From the IMG/VR virus record IMGVR_UViG_3300043449_002525: a DNA stretch of 60,561 nucleotides. One strand, given 5' to 3'. Position 1 is the stretch's first letter. Every line of letters starts with the position of its first letter. The notes below the pieces were generated by a model that made no database searches, was not told the DNA's origin, and saw only the letters and a program-made list of their open reading frames with translations. This stretch comes from an uncultured virus (IMG/VR IMGVR_UViG_3300043449_002525) (Duplodnaviria > Heunggongvirae > Uroviricota > Caudoviricetes). This document shows positions 17,601-26,518 of the stretch, one piece after another. Position numbers and translations under genes: made by a program.

Positions 17601-18236
17601 GGTGAGTGGCGCCACTCCAAGCTGAACAAGAGCTGCCTTGAGTCGCTGATCCTCACTGAGAGCCTGGGTTCACTGCAGGAGTTCAAGGACGAGCGTCTCA
17701 ACAATCACAATCAGCTCCACAAGATGATCATCGAGAACTATGACACGCTCCGCAAGGGTCGCACAGGAATGACCAAGACGGCCACCAAGAAGTGGGTAAA
17801 GGAGCACGGCAAGGAGCCCGTGATCATCGACCAGCTGATCGAGGCAACAGCGGATGTCCAAGATTGGAACCGCTACGAGAAGATCAAGAACTTCGTGGAG
17901 ATCTTGACCACGGCGTCTGAAGAACTACTATTCCCACCCACCGTGATGGCAAAGATTGATCGTTCTAACGTCCCGTCTGCAATGCAGATCTCACCAGGAT
18001 CGAAGGCAGTTGTCTGGTTCTGTGCGCAGGACTGGGTCAAGAAACAGACAAAGAACGGCAAGACATTCTACACAGCATTCGCTGTTGACAATAATAGTGA
18101 CACTGCAAGGATCCGTGTGTGGGGCACATTTAAAGAAGAGCCTGAGCGATACACTATGTGGCTCGCTGAGGTAGAATATGATGCTAACTGGGGTATGTCG
18201 ACCTCAGCGATGAAAATGCGAAAGATCGAGGTGTAA
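14673..18236 (+). CDS. dnaE: DNA polymerase III alpha subunit (family C)
   Basis: PHP motifs LHAHSGFS, ALTDHG and DSHY; GPGRGSA, PDIDSD, HAGGV, KFDFLGL, YGFNKSH. Confidence 0.96.
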   Translation: MSIIRPPDRFVGLHAHSGFSTMDGLGYPAQHIDFVLKNGMDAWALTDHGNGSGLAHAQSHAKKMKKAGQKYRQLNGVEFYFVPSLKNWAEQYQDHKDAVAAARSEKKSKEATDIDADDEAGAGHIIENEDETKDASSLEVKDDEWKRRYHLVVIAKDKRGLSNLFTLVKRSFKEGYYRFPRIDFDMLKQHGEGLVVSTACIGGIMANRVLRGQAMHKSDAEIQHELKNLTDRFVDAVGLENFNLEIQFNKLQAQHDVNRHLIDLHKSTGVPLVATCDSHYPTPDKWKTRELYKKLAWMNAKEEPKPLPAFDELKCELYPKNAEQMWEEFNRHTDAYTFYQGNEELVRDAIERTHDIAWQQCEDIWVDTGAKLPVFATPEKTEFQQLVDLVKERMGEMGLHEKPEYMARVKEELADIKHLGHTSYFLTMYKIFHRAKERTLLGPGRGSAPGSLVNYILGITQIDPLPFGLLWNRFLGRHRVSWPDIDSDAGDRDVLIDAARELFGDDAVIPVSNFNTLKLKSLVKDVAKFFNVPFDEVNAVTGPLQDEVMPHAKDDDQEKSVFVLKHDDCMKYSPAYNAFMTKYPEVEEHVNALFMENRSIGRHAGGVLVAEPKALAEGMPIIGVRGELQTPWTEGMNFRNLEDNGFLKFDFLGLTLLKDVENCIKRILIKQGVKNPTFSQIKDFFDEHLNCRTVKQDDQQVWKHVYHEGRFVGVFQFTADGARKFCLDAKPTNIGELAALTAIYRPGPLKANVHKLYVQAKKDASKIKYDHPVIQEVLGPTFGYVVFQEQFMMLAQKLAGFSPGEADQLRKTLVKKSLDTLGKKSSEKEAARKQFIDGAQALHGVPEKVTGPLWDTIEAFSVYGFNKSHSVSYAIDSYYAGWLHTHYEKEWLATILQSETGNPKGLAKAIAEIKAIGYKFSQVDINYSGTEWTYSDEIQAFVPPLTSVKGLGDSAVSEIMENRPYRALDDLLFDAEGEWRHSKLNKSCLESLILTESLGSLQEFKDERLNNHNQLHKMIIENYDTLRKGRTGMTKTATKKWVKEHGKEPVIIDQLIEATADVQDWNRYEKIKNFVEILTTASEELLFPPTVMAKIDRSNVPSAMQISPGSKAVVWFCAQDWVKKQTKNGKTFYTAFAVDNNSDTARIRVWGTFKEEPERYTMWLAEVEYDANWGMSTSAMKMRKIEV

Positions 18237-18237
18237 T

Positions 18238-19146
18238 TTGAAGTTTAATCTAAAGACAGTTGTGTTAGAAGGTGTGGATTGCAGCGGTAAGACAACACTG
18301 TTTAGGAGCTTACATCGTGCAACAGGTTTCAAGTGGAACATCCACGATCGAAGCGCGCTCTCGATGCTCTGCTATGCAGTCATGTACGGAAGAGATGTTG
18401 ATCACTGGCGGCAGCTCCTCTTGGAAGAGATCAGTGATCTGAACAATGTGATCGTTGTGCTCATGCCCCCACTGACCACCATCAAGGATCGCCTTGCAGA
18501 AAGAGGCGACGAGTTTCAAGATCAAGTGACGATTGAGAAGTTGTACACCATCTTTGAGGATGAGGTGTCACGTCTCAGCGCGTACCCTAACGTCTTAGTT
18601 TGCGCGCAATCAAAAGCTTCCAGTGATGACATTGCACGGTGGGTACTAAACTACGAACGTCAGACATACAGTCGACTTGCAGAGATGACGCACGATCATG
18701 CGAGGATCAAACTGTCTGGTGAGGCGCCTTTCCTAAAGATGACGTGGGAAGACACTGACTTCAAGACACTCAGCACAAAGGCTCTCTTCTACGAACCTGA
18801 GCTTGAGTACTACGAAGCAACACGCAAGAAGCTTATTGAAAAGATCCAAGCAGAGCTGGCTGGCCAGAATGAGTACGAGATGAAGCAGGATCTCAAGTCG
18901 CGACGGTTTGTCATGACACAGGATAGTTGCATCTCCTATGCCCACTTCATGTATCGTGGCGGTGTGCTTCACGCCAACATCGTGTGCAGATCTTCTGAGG
19001 TGTCGCGTATCTTCCCAAATGACATCCACTTCATCGGTCACATGGGTCAGACAGCCCGACGTGAGCTCGGCCTCACCGTTGAGACACCCGTGAGGTTTAA
19101 TCTCTCTCTCGACTCAGCGCATGTAATCTTTCAACCTACGCATTAA
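18238..19146 (+). CDS. Fusion: dNMP kinase-like P-loop domain + thymidylate synthase/dCMP hydroxymethylase-like domain
   Basis: LEGVDCSGKTT and DRS in the N-half; SRR, SCISYAHF, CRSSEVSRIFPNDI and SAH in the C-half. Confidence 0.75.
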   Translation: MKFNLKTVVLEGVDCSGKTTLFRSLHRATGFKWNIHDRSALSMLCYAVMYGRDVDHWRQLLLEEISDLNNVIVVLMPPLTTIKDRLAERGDEFQDQVTIEKLYTIFEDEVSRLSAYPNVLVCAQSKASSDDIARWVLNYERQTYSRLAEMTHDHARIKLSGEAPFLKMTWEDTDFKTLSTKALFYEPELEYYEATRKKLIEKIQAELAGQNEYEMKQDLKSRRFVMTQDSCISYAHFMYRGGVLHANIVCRSSEVSRIFPNDIHFIGHMGQTARRELGLTVETPVRFNLSLDSAHVIFQPTH

Positions 19147-19163
19147 AGTACTTAGAGGCATAA

Positions 19164-20156
19164 ATGAAGAGAGCATTAGTAACGGGCGGCGCCGGCTTCA
19201 TTGGGTCAAATCTGACGCACGCGCTTGTCGATGATGGCTGGACAGTTGACGTAGTAGACGACATGTCGAACGGTCATCTCAACCTTCTTGATGGTTTGAA
19301 CTATCGAGTTTTTCTGCCGGGCATGGCAGAAATCTATGAGGCACAGAAGCAGAGAACTTCGAAAGAAGTTTACGTGCATGAGTGCGACTTTGCACATCCA
19401 GTCATCTTAGACAGAATTTCTCGGAAGCAATACGACATTGTCTTCCACCAGGCTGCTGTTCCTCGCGTGTCATATTCCGTTGAGGAGCCAGTGCACACAA
19501 CTGACGTTAACTTGCTCCGGAGTGTGCATCTTCTTCACTCATGTGTGGGCAACGTCCAGAAAGTTGTCGTTGCATCGTCGTCGTCTGTATACGGCGGTGC
19601 AGATGTGTTACCCACATCTGAAGCTGAACCTCGAAATCCAAAGTCGCCCTACGCTCTGCAAAAGAGTGCACTTGAAGATTATTGCAGGTTATTTGGAAAC
19701 CTTTATGATCTTGATACTGTTTGTCTTCGCTATTTCAATGTCTTCGGCCCGGGTCAATACGGTGACTCGCCTTACTCAACCGCCGTGTCTGCCTGGTGCG
19801 ACGCCATCAAGACAGGCAAGGCTTTGAGATCCGACGGAGACGGAACACAGACACGAGACATGTGCTATGTTGACAACGTTGTAAGTGCCAATATTCTTGC
19901 TGCCAAGACGCTGAACCGCCTCATGGGCAGAGGGTATAACATCTGCTGTGGTGAGAGGACGACAAACATCGAGATCCTCCAGCACCTCACAGGAGCATTT
20001 CCAACAGTTGAAGTTCGTAACGCCCCCTGGCGTCCAGGCGATGTCATGCACACACTGGGTGACTGGACAGCAGCAAATCGCGACTTCGGATACCAACCAC
20101 TAGTTAAGTTCTGGGATGGGCTTGAGAAGACGCTTGCTTGGTGGGGGCTCAAGTAA
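19164..20156 (+). CDS. NAD-dependent NDP-sugar epimerase (WbpP/GalE-like)
   Basis: VTGGAGFIGS, FHQAA, ASSSSVYG, SPYALQK, LRYFNVFGP, GDGTQTRD. Confidence 0.9.
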   Translation: MKRALVTGGAGFIGSNLTHALVDDGWTVDVVDDMSNGHLNLLDGLNYRVFLPGMAEIYEAQKQRTSKEVYVHECDFAHPVILDRISRKQYDIVFHQAAVPRVSYSVEEPVHTTDVNLLRSVHLLHSCVGNVQKVVVASSSSVYGGADVLPTSEAEPRNPKSPYALQKSALEDYCRLFGNLYDLDTVCLRYFNVFGPGQYGDSPYSTAVSAWCDAIKTGKALRSDGDGTQTRDMCYVDNVVSANILAAKTLNRLMGRGYNICCGERTTNIEILQHLTGAFPTVEVRNAPWRPGDVMHTLGDWTAANRDFGYQPLVKFWDGLEKTLAWWGLK

Positions 20157-20710
20157 TGCGTATCCCACCAACATTCACTGTCTTCTGCGGGCCTATGATG
20201 TCGTCTAAGACGACACGACTGATCGGTGCAGTTGACCGTTTTCGTTACCAAAACCAGCGTGTCCTTGCATTTAAACCAAAGATGGATAGAAGGTATGCAA
20301 AAGAAGAGATTACTACTCACAACGGTGGAAAACTTGAAGCTCTCATTGTTAGCACTGGTGATGAGATACTACGCCACGTTGACGTATATGAACCAGACGT
20401 TGTAGCAGTTGATGAAGCTTTCATGATTGACGGCTCTGCAGACGCACTCATTCAGATCTACCGTAGAGGAGTGTCTGTCGTCGTGTCGTCAATTGAGATG
20501 TCTGCCAGCTGCAACTCTTTCCCAGAGATTGAGAAGATCCTTCCCTGGGCGACAAAGGTTGAGAAGTGCACTGCCGTCTGTGTTGTATGCGGCGAGGATG
20601 CACCGTACACACAGAAGAAGATCAATGACATCGCAGAGATCACAGTTGGGGGTTCTGAGCTCTATGAGCCTCGATGCTGGTCACATCATGCGACCGCGCG
20701 CGAAGCGTGA
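20156..20710 (+). CDS. tdk: Thymidine kinase
   Basis: GPMMSSKTT, VDEAF, AVCVVCG, VGGSELYEPRC. Confidence 0.9.
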   Translation: MRIPPTFTVFCGPMMSSKTTRLIGAVDRFRYQNQRVLAFKPKMDRRYAKEEITTHNGGKLEALIVSTGDEILRHVDVYEPDVVAVDEAFMIDGSADALIQIYRRGVSVVVSSIEMSASCNSFPEIEKILPWATKVEKCTAVCVVCGEDAPYTQKKINDIAEITVGGSELYEPRCWSHHATAREA

Positions 20711-20730
20711 TACATTAGTATCGAGGTAGC

Positions 20731-21567
20731 ATGCTAGATCCTAACAGCATCAATCTGGTCATTTATCATGCGAGTTGCACAGATGGATTTGGCGCAGCTT
20801 GGGCAGCGTGGAAGTTACTTGGCGACCGTGCCGAATACTACGCTGCAAAGTACGGAGAAGCACCTCCAGATGTGACGGGAAAGAACGTCATTGTCGTAGA
20901 TTTCTCGTATGACAATGCTACTACCAAGCGCTTGATGAAGGAGGCAAAGGGGTTTTTCGTCCTTGACCACCACAAGTCGGCGATGGTAGAGCTCCACGAT
21001 GTGTCCTGCACACACTTCGACATGAACCACAGCGGTGCAATGCTGGCCTGGAAGTTCTTCCATCCCGGTAAGGAAGCACCTCGGATGATCAAGCACATCG
21101 AGGATCGTGACCTCTGGAAGTGGGAGATCCCTTACTCGAAGGAGTTCTCAGCAGCATTTGACATGGTACCCTTCGACTTCGAGGAATTTGATAAGTACCT
21201 CGACGACTCAGCAGTTGACGATGCTCAGGAGCGTGGTGCCTACATCCTCGCATATTCTAAGACAGTGATCTCCAAGATCTCCAAGCACGCAGCACCACGC
21301 AAGCTGAACGGCAAGGATGTCCTGGTGGTGAACTCACCCCACTGGATGTCCGAGATCGGAAATGCGTTGTCACCTAAGTGTGACTTCGCGGTGATCTGGT
21401 ACTACGACCACGACACACACCAGGTGAAGGTCAGCCTCCGTGCGCACCATGATGATGCTGATGTGAGTGAGGTCGCCAAGAAGTACGGCGGAGGAGGACA
21501 TCGCAAAGCTGCAGGTTTCGCTCTTGCGCCCAACGTTAGTATTGAGACAATCTTCGACAAGGAGTAA
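20731..21567 (+). CDS. DHH/DHHA1 family phosphoesterase
   Basis: YHASCTDG, VDFS, LDHH, DRDLW, GGGGH. Confidence 0.88.
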   Translation: MLDPNSINLVIYHASCTDGFGAAWAAWKLLGDRAEYYAAKYGEAPPDVTGKNVIVVDFSYDNATTKRLMKEAKGFFVLDHHKSAMVELHDVSCTHFDMNHSGAMLAWKFFHPGKEAPRMIKHIEDRDLWKWEIPYSKEFSAAFDMVPFDFEEFDKYLDDSAVDDAQERGAYILAYSKTVISKISKHAAPRKLNGKDVLVVNSPHWMSEIGNALSPKCDFAVIWYYDHDTHQVKVSLRAHHDDADVSEVAKKYGGGGHRKAAGFALAPNVSIETIFDKE

Positions 21568-21569
21568 GG

Positions 21570-21980
21570 ATGCGTCCGAACTGGGATGAAGTGTGGATGA
21601 ACATCGCACGCGAAGTATCACGCAGGTCAGCAGACGACAAGTACAAGGTCGGAACTGTGATAGTCACAGGTGACAACACGCAAGTGCTGTCGCTAGGATA
21701 CAACGGTGACCACGCAGGTGGCCCAAATTGCAGAGAGTCGAGCGACCCCGGCGAGTCAGGTTTTATCCATGCCGAGATGAACGCACTGATCAAGCTTGAC
21801 TACAATAACCTAAAGCGACGTGTTATGTACGTGACGTTGTCGCCCTGTAAGATGTGCGCTAAAGCAATCATCAATGCAGGTATCAACGAGCTCGTGTACG
21901 GCGAAGATTATAGAGATCTCAGCGGTATTGACATTCTCACGGGCGCTGGGATAAAAGTTAGAAAAATAACTCAAACTTAG
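21570..21980 (+). CDS. dCMP deaminase
   Basis: GYNG, HAEMNAL, PCKMC. Confidence 0.9.
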   Translation: MRPNWDEVWMNIAREVSRRSADDKYKVGTVIVTGDNTQVLSLGYNGDHAGGPNCRESSDPGESGFIHAEMNALIKLDYNNLKRRVMYVTLSPCKMCAKAIINAGINELVYGEDYRDLSGIDILTGAGIKVRKITQT

Positions 21981-21993
21981 CGGATAGATATAG

Positions 21994-22293
21994 ATGATGA
22001 AAAAGTTAACTCCACAAGATGTAAACAAACTGATCAGACGATCTCTGACCAAGGTTGTGCTTGAAAAGCTAACAGTGAAAGTGGGCAAAGAGGTCGTCGT
22101 CTCACCTGAGCTTAAGATCCGTCACGTTGGAAACAATAAAATTGAGGGCTCTAAGTATCTTTACACAATCACTGGGATTGACAACGTCGACGGTGTTCTC
22201 CAGTTGAAGATGAAGTACTACGACGACGACACCCCTGAGCCCCTTGAGACGATCGTGGCGCAAGATGAATTTGACCAATACGAGCTGGCATAA
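21994..22293 (+). CDS. Hypothetical protein (virion-type N-terminal helix)
   Basis: KLTPQDVNKLIRRSL...LE; GATAGATA motif at 21983 just upstream. Confidence 0.7.
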   Translation: MMKKLTPQDVNKLIRRSLTKVVLEKLTVKVGKEVVVSPELKIRHVGNNKIEGSKYLYTITGIDNVDGVLQLKMKYYDDDTPEPLETIVAQDEFDQYELA

Positions 22294-22994
22294 TGAGTAA
22301 AGACATCACACAAATTGTCCGTCAGACACTTGGCTTAAGCGGTGAGACAGCCAAGAGCTCAAAGCGGCTCGACGAGGCGCTTGTTGCCGACCCTAAGCCC
22401 TTCAATCTTCCCACAGAGTTCCAGAGTGCTGGCACAAAACGTGCTCACTTTGAGCTGTATGAAAACTACATCAAGGCCTTCAACCGCATCAGCGCAGAAC
22501 TAGACAGCGCTGATAGGACAGAAGTTAATTCCAACAACAGTCAGTTTCGCTCGTTGAAGATCGATGAAACGTACAACATGAACGCGATCTTCCTCCACGA
22601 GCTCTACTTTGCCAACATCAGTGATCTGCACAGCAAGATCACAATGGACTCGCTCACTTACATGCGTCTCCAGCGTGACTTTGGCACGTTCGACAAGTGG
22701 CAGGAGGATTTCCTCGCCTGCTGTCAGGCATCCCGCTGCGGTTGGGCAGTCACATACTACAACCTCTTCACACAGACATACATGAATGCTGTCGTCGATC
22801 TACACAGCATTGAGATCCCGGTTGGGTGCTTTCCAGTGATTGTGATGGACGTGTGGCAGCACGCTTACTACAAGGATTATCTCCGGGATGTGAAGACATA
22901 CAGCATCGCGATGATGAAGGAGCTCAACTGGCGAGTCATCGAGGATCGCTTCAAGCAATCTGAGCGCGTCGCACAAGCAATGAGGTCACTATGA
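22293..22994 (+). CDS. Fe/Mn superoxide dismutase-like protein with N-terminal extension
   Basis: AHFELY, LHELYF, DFGTFDKW, GWA, DVWQHAYYKDY. Confidence 0.85.
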   Translation: MSKDITQIVRQTLGLSGETAKSSKRLDEALVADPKPFNLPTEFQSAGTKRAHFELYENYIKAFNRISAELDSADRTEVNSNNSQFRSLKIDETYNMNAIFLHELYFANISDLHSKITMDSLTYMRLQRDFGTFDKWQEDFLACCQASRCGWAVTYYNLFTQTYMNAVVDLHSIEIPVGCFPVIVMDVWQHAYYKDYLRDVKTYSIAMMKELNWRVIEDRFKQSERVAQAMRSL

Positions 22995-23614
22995 GATCAA
23001 GGCAGACAAGCAGGCGTCGCAGGCTCTACGAGGAAAGCGACGTAGAAAGTGTGTCAGTTGTTGATAAGATGACAGGCAGCACCCGCCTTTCACTCGACTC
23101 AGTCGACGACCAGATCGACTCATACATCATTAAGTTCGAGGCAGAAGCTGCCGAAGCTGCTGAGTCAGAAGAGGAAATGATCTTTGAGGCGCTCAAGCGC
23201 AGGTCGCTTTTAGGTTTGCTCTATGAGCAGGACGAGGCACCCACCGACTTGTTCACGGGAGATCCTGCTGCTCCCGCTCCAGATGATGAGGCTCCTGAGC
23301 CCGAAGACAGCTCAGAGATGAAAGATGATCTGAAGCCTGCGCCTCTCGTTAAGTCAGCGATAGACATCGACCTCTTCACAAAGAAGCTGGCTCGCTTAGT
23401 GATGAATAATAAGCGGCTGCTTGACGTCGAGTCGGTCATCATCAACCGCGCGATGCTCTTCCTCAAGAAGAACTACAGCCAAGAGTACGTGGATCGCATG
23501 AAGGAAGTGCTGGATACGCAGTTTGACTTTAATATGGACGATCAAGATTTCCTGTACGCACCTGACGCACCCGGCTCAGAAGGCAAGCCCACAGGCGGTA
23601 CTGGCGGCGCATGA
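22991..23614 (+). CDS. Acidic hypothetical protein
   Basis: 207-aa ORF; LYEE/LYEQ motifs; P/D/E-rich linker. Confidence 0.7.
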   Translation: MRSRQTSRRRRLYEESDVESVSVVDKMTGSTRLSLDSVDDQIDSYIIKFEAEAAEAAESEEEMIFEALKRRSLLGLLYEQDEAPTDLFTGDPAAPAPDDEAPEPEDSSEMKDDLKPAPLVKSAIDIDLFTKKLARLVMNNKRLLDVESVIINRAMLFLKKNYSQEYVDRMKEVLDTQFDFNMDDQDFLYAPDAPGSEGKPTGGTGGA

Positions 23615-23913
23615 AGAAGCAGATCGACACGCAGCGTCTGATCAGTTTTGAGACAAAGAAGTCGGTTCACATCAACATCCCCAGAGAGACACACGGATTA
23701 GTTAGAGCACAGTGCTTCAAGTACAGCCTGACAATGCAGGACGTATTTGAGGAGCTCGCGCAGATGATTGCTGCTGAAGATCCCGATGCGCTGGAGATGA
23801 TGTCGAACTTGGCGATGAAAAAGAGAGATGCATCAATAAAACGCCTTTCAGCGTCAGATGCAGAATCTATATTCAATATTATAGAAGATAACAATCCACT
23901 CTCAGACGGATGA
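23611..23913 (+). CDS. Putative ribbon-helix-helix DNA-binding protein
   Basis: KSVHINIPRETH...LTMQDVFEEL pattern. Confidence 0.5.
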   Translation: MKKQIDTQRLISFETKKSVHINIPRETHGLVRAQCFKYSLTMQDVFEELAQMIAAEDPDALEMMSNLAMKKRDASIKRLSASDAESIFNIIEDNNPLSDG

Positions 23914-24206
23914 TGACATTGTTCAACAAACTAAGATCTCTCTTCATCGTTGATGAGGTCAAAGATAAGACAGAAGCACTAGAGAACCAGCTGAAAGAAG
24001 CATGTGATAGAATTTACCTGCTTGAGAGGAAGCTAGTTGATCAAGATGCCATCTTAATCGACCACCACAAGACGATCGCTGCACTTGCGATGATACAGAC
24101 AAATCTGCTGGCTGAGATGGAACGTGCAGCTAAGAACGCGAGCTTGAAGCGCACCAAGATGACTTCTCACACAACGTCATCAAAAGGTGACGATTTCATT
24201 AACTAG
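23910..24206 (+). CDS. Hypothetical coiled-coil protein
   Basis: 98-aa ORF with ATGA coupling. Confidence 0.65.
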   Translation: MMTLFNKLRSLFIVDEVKDKTEALENQLKEACDRIYLLERKLVDQDAILIDHHKTIAALAMIQTNLLAEMERAAKNASLKRTKMTSHTTSSKGDDFIN

Positions 24207-24247
24207 CTTTACGATCTGCGCGATATATTTATCTGCAGAGGTTTTAG

Positions 24248-26506
24248 ATGCAGATTGTCGTCAAGAAGAAAGTTCTTGAGGAGATGATTGACCAAGTTGT
24301 TCGCGAGGTCAGCTCTTTTCACAGCGTAAGAATAGATGAGATCCCAGCCAAGCTCGATGACGAGGACGTCGTCAAGCCCACTGAGGAGATGGCCACACAG
24401 CTCTCGACGCAGAAGCCTAACGTTGACGATGACGCCTATAAGCCCGTCAATACGTCAGAGCTTACAAAGGCTGCGTCAGCTGTCGCAGAGAAGGTGCCCC
24501 AGGACAAGGTGCAGAAGTTCTACAAGCAGCTTAAGGATCTTGCACAACAGACAGTTGACGGAAAAGAAACAGACGACAGCATGTTGAGTGAGAGAAAGAT
24601 GTCCAGCATCCTCGCATTCCTTCTCGATCGTCCTGTGCATCTCCGTGAAGCCCGCAAAGGTGACATCGACCCACGGTCACCTGAGGGGATTGCGATTGAC
24701 GCACAGATTAAAGCTGCTGATGCTAATGTCGATACATTTATGGCAAATATTGAGAGACAAGATAGACGGCAGCCTGGCGTAGCAAGCTTGGGTCGCATTC
24801 CTTCTCTAACAATGAGTGTTGTCTACTCACTGCTTGCTGCGATTGCCAAGAAAGCTGGCGAGCAGTTCAAGCGCCCACAAGATCTTGCAGACATCAAGGC
24901 AGAGCTTCTTCAACCTGGTGCAATAACACTGTCTGATGACAAACGGAAGATGAAGCTGCGCGCTCGTGGAACCACAGCAGAAGTGGGCGGCTTTGGAACG
25001 GCCCTGCACAATGTCTCAAAAGAGCAGATGATTGCTGCAGCAGAGAAGGCAATAAACGACCACTTCGATGAGCTTGTTGAGTTCATCACGACAGGTCACC
25101 TGATGGGTGACCCATCCAGCGGCATCAAGCGCGAACGTGAAGGATCGCTTAGAACTGAAGCGGGCGACCTTGCTAAAGAGATTTTAATCCAACTTGGTGA
25201 ACAGCTCCCAATCAGTGCAAGTGTACCAGATGACACACTTAGAAGTTTTGGTACTGAATTGGGTGAATTTATTAAGAATACACTCAGCCCAGAGAATAAT
25301 CAGTTTTCCTACACATTTGCTGATCTTGTTATCAAGGTGAAAAAGGGCAAGAAGGGTCAAGAGGCAGCCGAAGAAGAGGAAGAAGATGCTGATGAAGTAA
25401 GCACAGTCAAGCAGGTCATCATTGACTTGTCTAAAGTTGCCGATGACATACAGCAACTTCCTGCAGAAGCTGGTGCCTATTCACGCGGTGACATGACAGC
25501 AATAGGACAGATGCAAATCGGTCGTGTCAACACAGCTGAATTCTTCAAGAATGAACTTGCTCAATCCATCATGACAAACATTGAAGATCTGTTGGAAAAA
25601 TTTGTCAAGGTCAAGCGTGACAAGTTCGCAGCAGGCATAGAAGGCCGCAACTTAGCATCTGACATACTTCGACGCATGGGTGGATCAAGAGCAGACATAC
25701 CTGCTGAGAAAGTTAATTTGCTCATGAGAGACATCAGTCAGTCGGGTGAGGAGGAGGGACAGACGCCTGAGGAGATCGAGCGCCGGCAGTTTGATGCACT
25801 CTTTGCGTCAGACGTCCTTAGCAGAGAGCGCTTTGACATGAGGGTAGGCCTCTATCAGGCTTTTATTGAAGAATTCATGGGGCCTGTAATCTTCCTTGCT
25901 TCTAAGTCATTTGAGGATAGCACCAGAGTAAGTAGGGAATTCCAGAATGCCGCATTGAAGCCACTCAACCAGATTGCAGACAAAGATCCCGTCTTCAGCA
26001 TGTACACAGACGTCTTGAAGATGTTCGGAAGTAGCAGAAAGATGCAGGTGTCAAAGTTCTTTAGAACCTATGAAAAGATCCTGCAAGATCCTGGATTTAA
26101 GGCGTTCGTTGAAAATCAGACAGGTGCAACAGGAGTGTCAGATCTTAGTCGTGCATCAACAGCCTTCTTTGATAAAGACATCACACTCGTCTTCATCGTC
26201 AATATGGCAGCTGCATATGCTAAGACAAAGCTTCGTGAGCCTACCATGGTGCACTCGCTTGTTGGAAAGACACAAGATGATGAATTTAATATTGTCAAAT
26301 CTTTCAAAAATTACCTGGAGAAAGACGTCATCGATGGCATCAAGGATGGCGACCCAGAGCCTCTCAAGTTACTCAAGAAAGTCGAGGACATGATCGAGGA
26401 CAGCGGGATGGGTTTCGTCAAGAAGCAGCCTGAGAAGAAGAAAAAGGGTGAACCCGTGAGTGAAGCTGCCATCCTGCGCAGTATAATCAGGCGTGCAATC
26501 CGCTGA
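24248..26506 (+). CDS. Large hypothetical protein, probable internal virion protein
   Basis: 752 aa; terminal helices VLEEMIDQVVREV and EAAILRSIIRRAIR; TATATTTA motif and hairpin upstream (24215-24239). Confidence 0.7.
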   Translation: MQIVVKKKVLEEMIDQVVREVSSFHSVRIDEIPAKLDDEDVVKPTEEMATQLSTQKPNVDDDAYKPVNTSELTKAASAVAEKVPQDKVQKFYKQLKDLAQQTVDGKETDDSMLSERKMSSILAFLLDRPVHLREARKGDIDPRSPEGIAIDAQIKAADANVDTFMANIERQDRRQPGVASLGRIPSLTMSVVYSLLAAIAKKAGEQFKRPQDLADIKAELLQPGAITLSDDKRKMKLRARGTTAEVGGFGTALHNVSKEQMIAAAEKAINDHFDELVEFITTGHLMGDPSSGIKREREGSLRTEAGDLAKEILIQLGEQLPISASVPDDTLRSFGTELGEFIKNTLSPENNQFSYTFADLVIKVKKGKKGQEAAEEEEEDADEVSTVKQVIIDLSKVADDIQQLPAEAGAYSRGDMTAIGQMQIGRVNTAEFFKNELAQSIMTNIEDLLEKFVKVKRDKFAAGIEGRNLASDILRRMGGSRADIPAEKVNLLMRDISQSGEEEGQTPEEIERRQFDALFASDVLSRERFDMRVGLYQAFIEEFMGPVIFLASKSFEDSTRVSREFQNAALKPLNQIADKDPVFSMYTDVLKMFGSSRKMQVSKFFRTYEKILQDPGFKAFVENQTGATGVSDLSRASTAFFDKDITLVFIVNMAAAYAKTKLREPTMVHSLVGKTQDDEFNIVKSFKNYLEKDVIDGIKDGDPEPLKLLKKVEDMIEDSGMGFVKKQPEKKKKGEPVSEAAILRSIIRRAIR

Positions 26507-26518
26507 TTAGGAGGCGCT

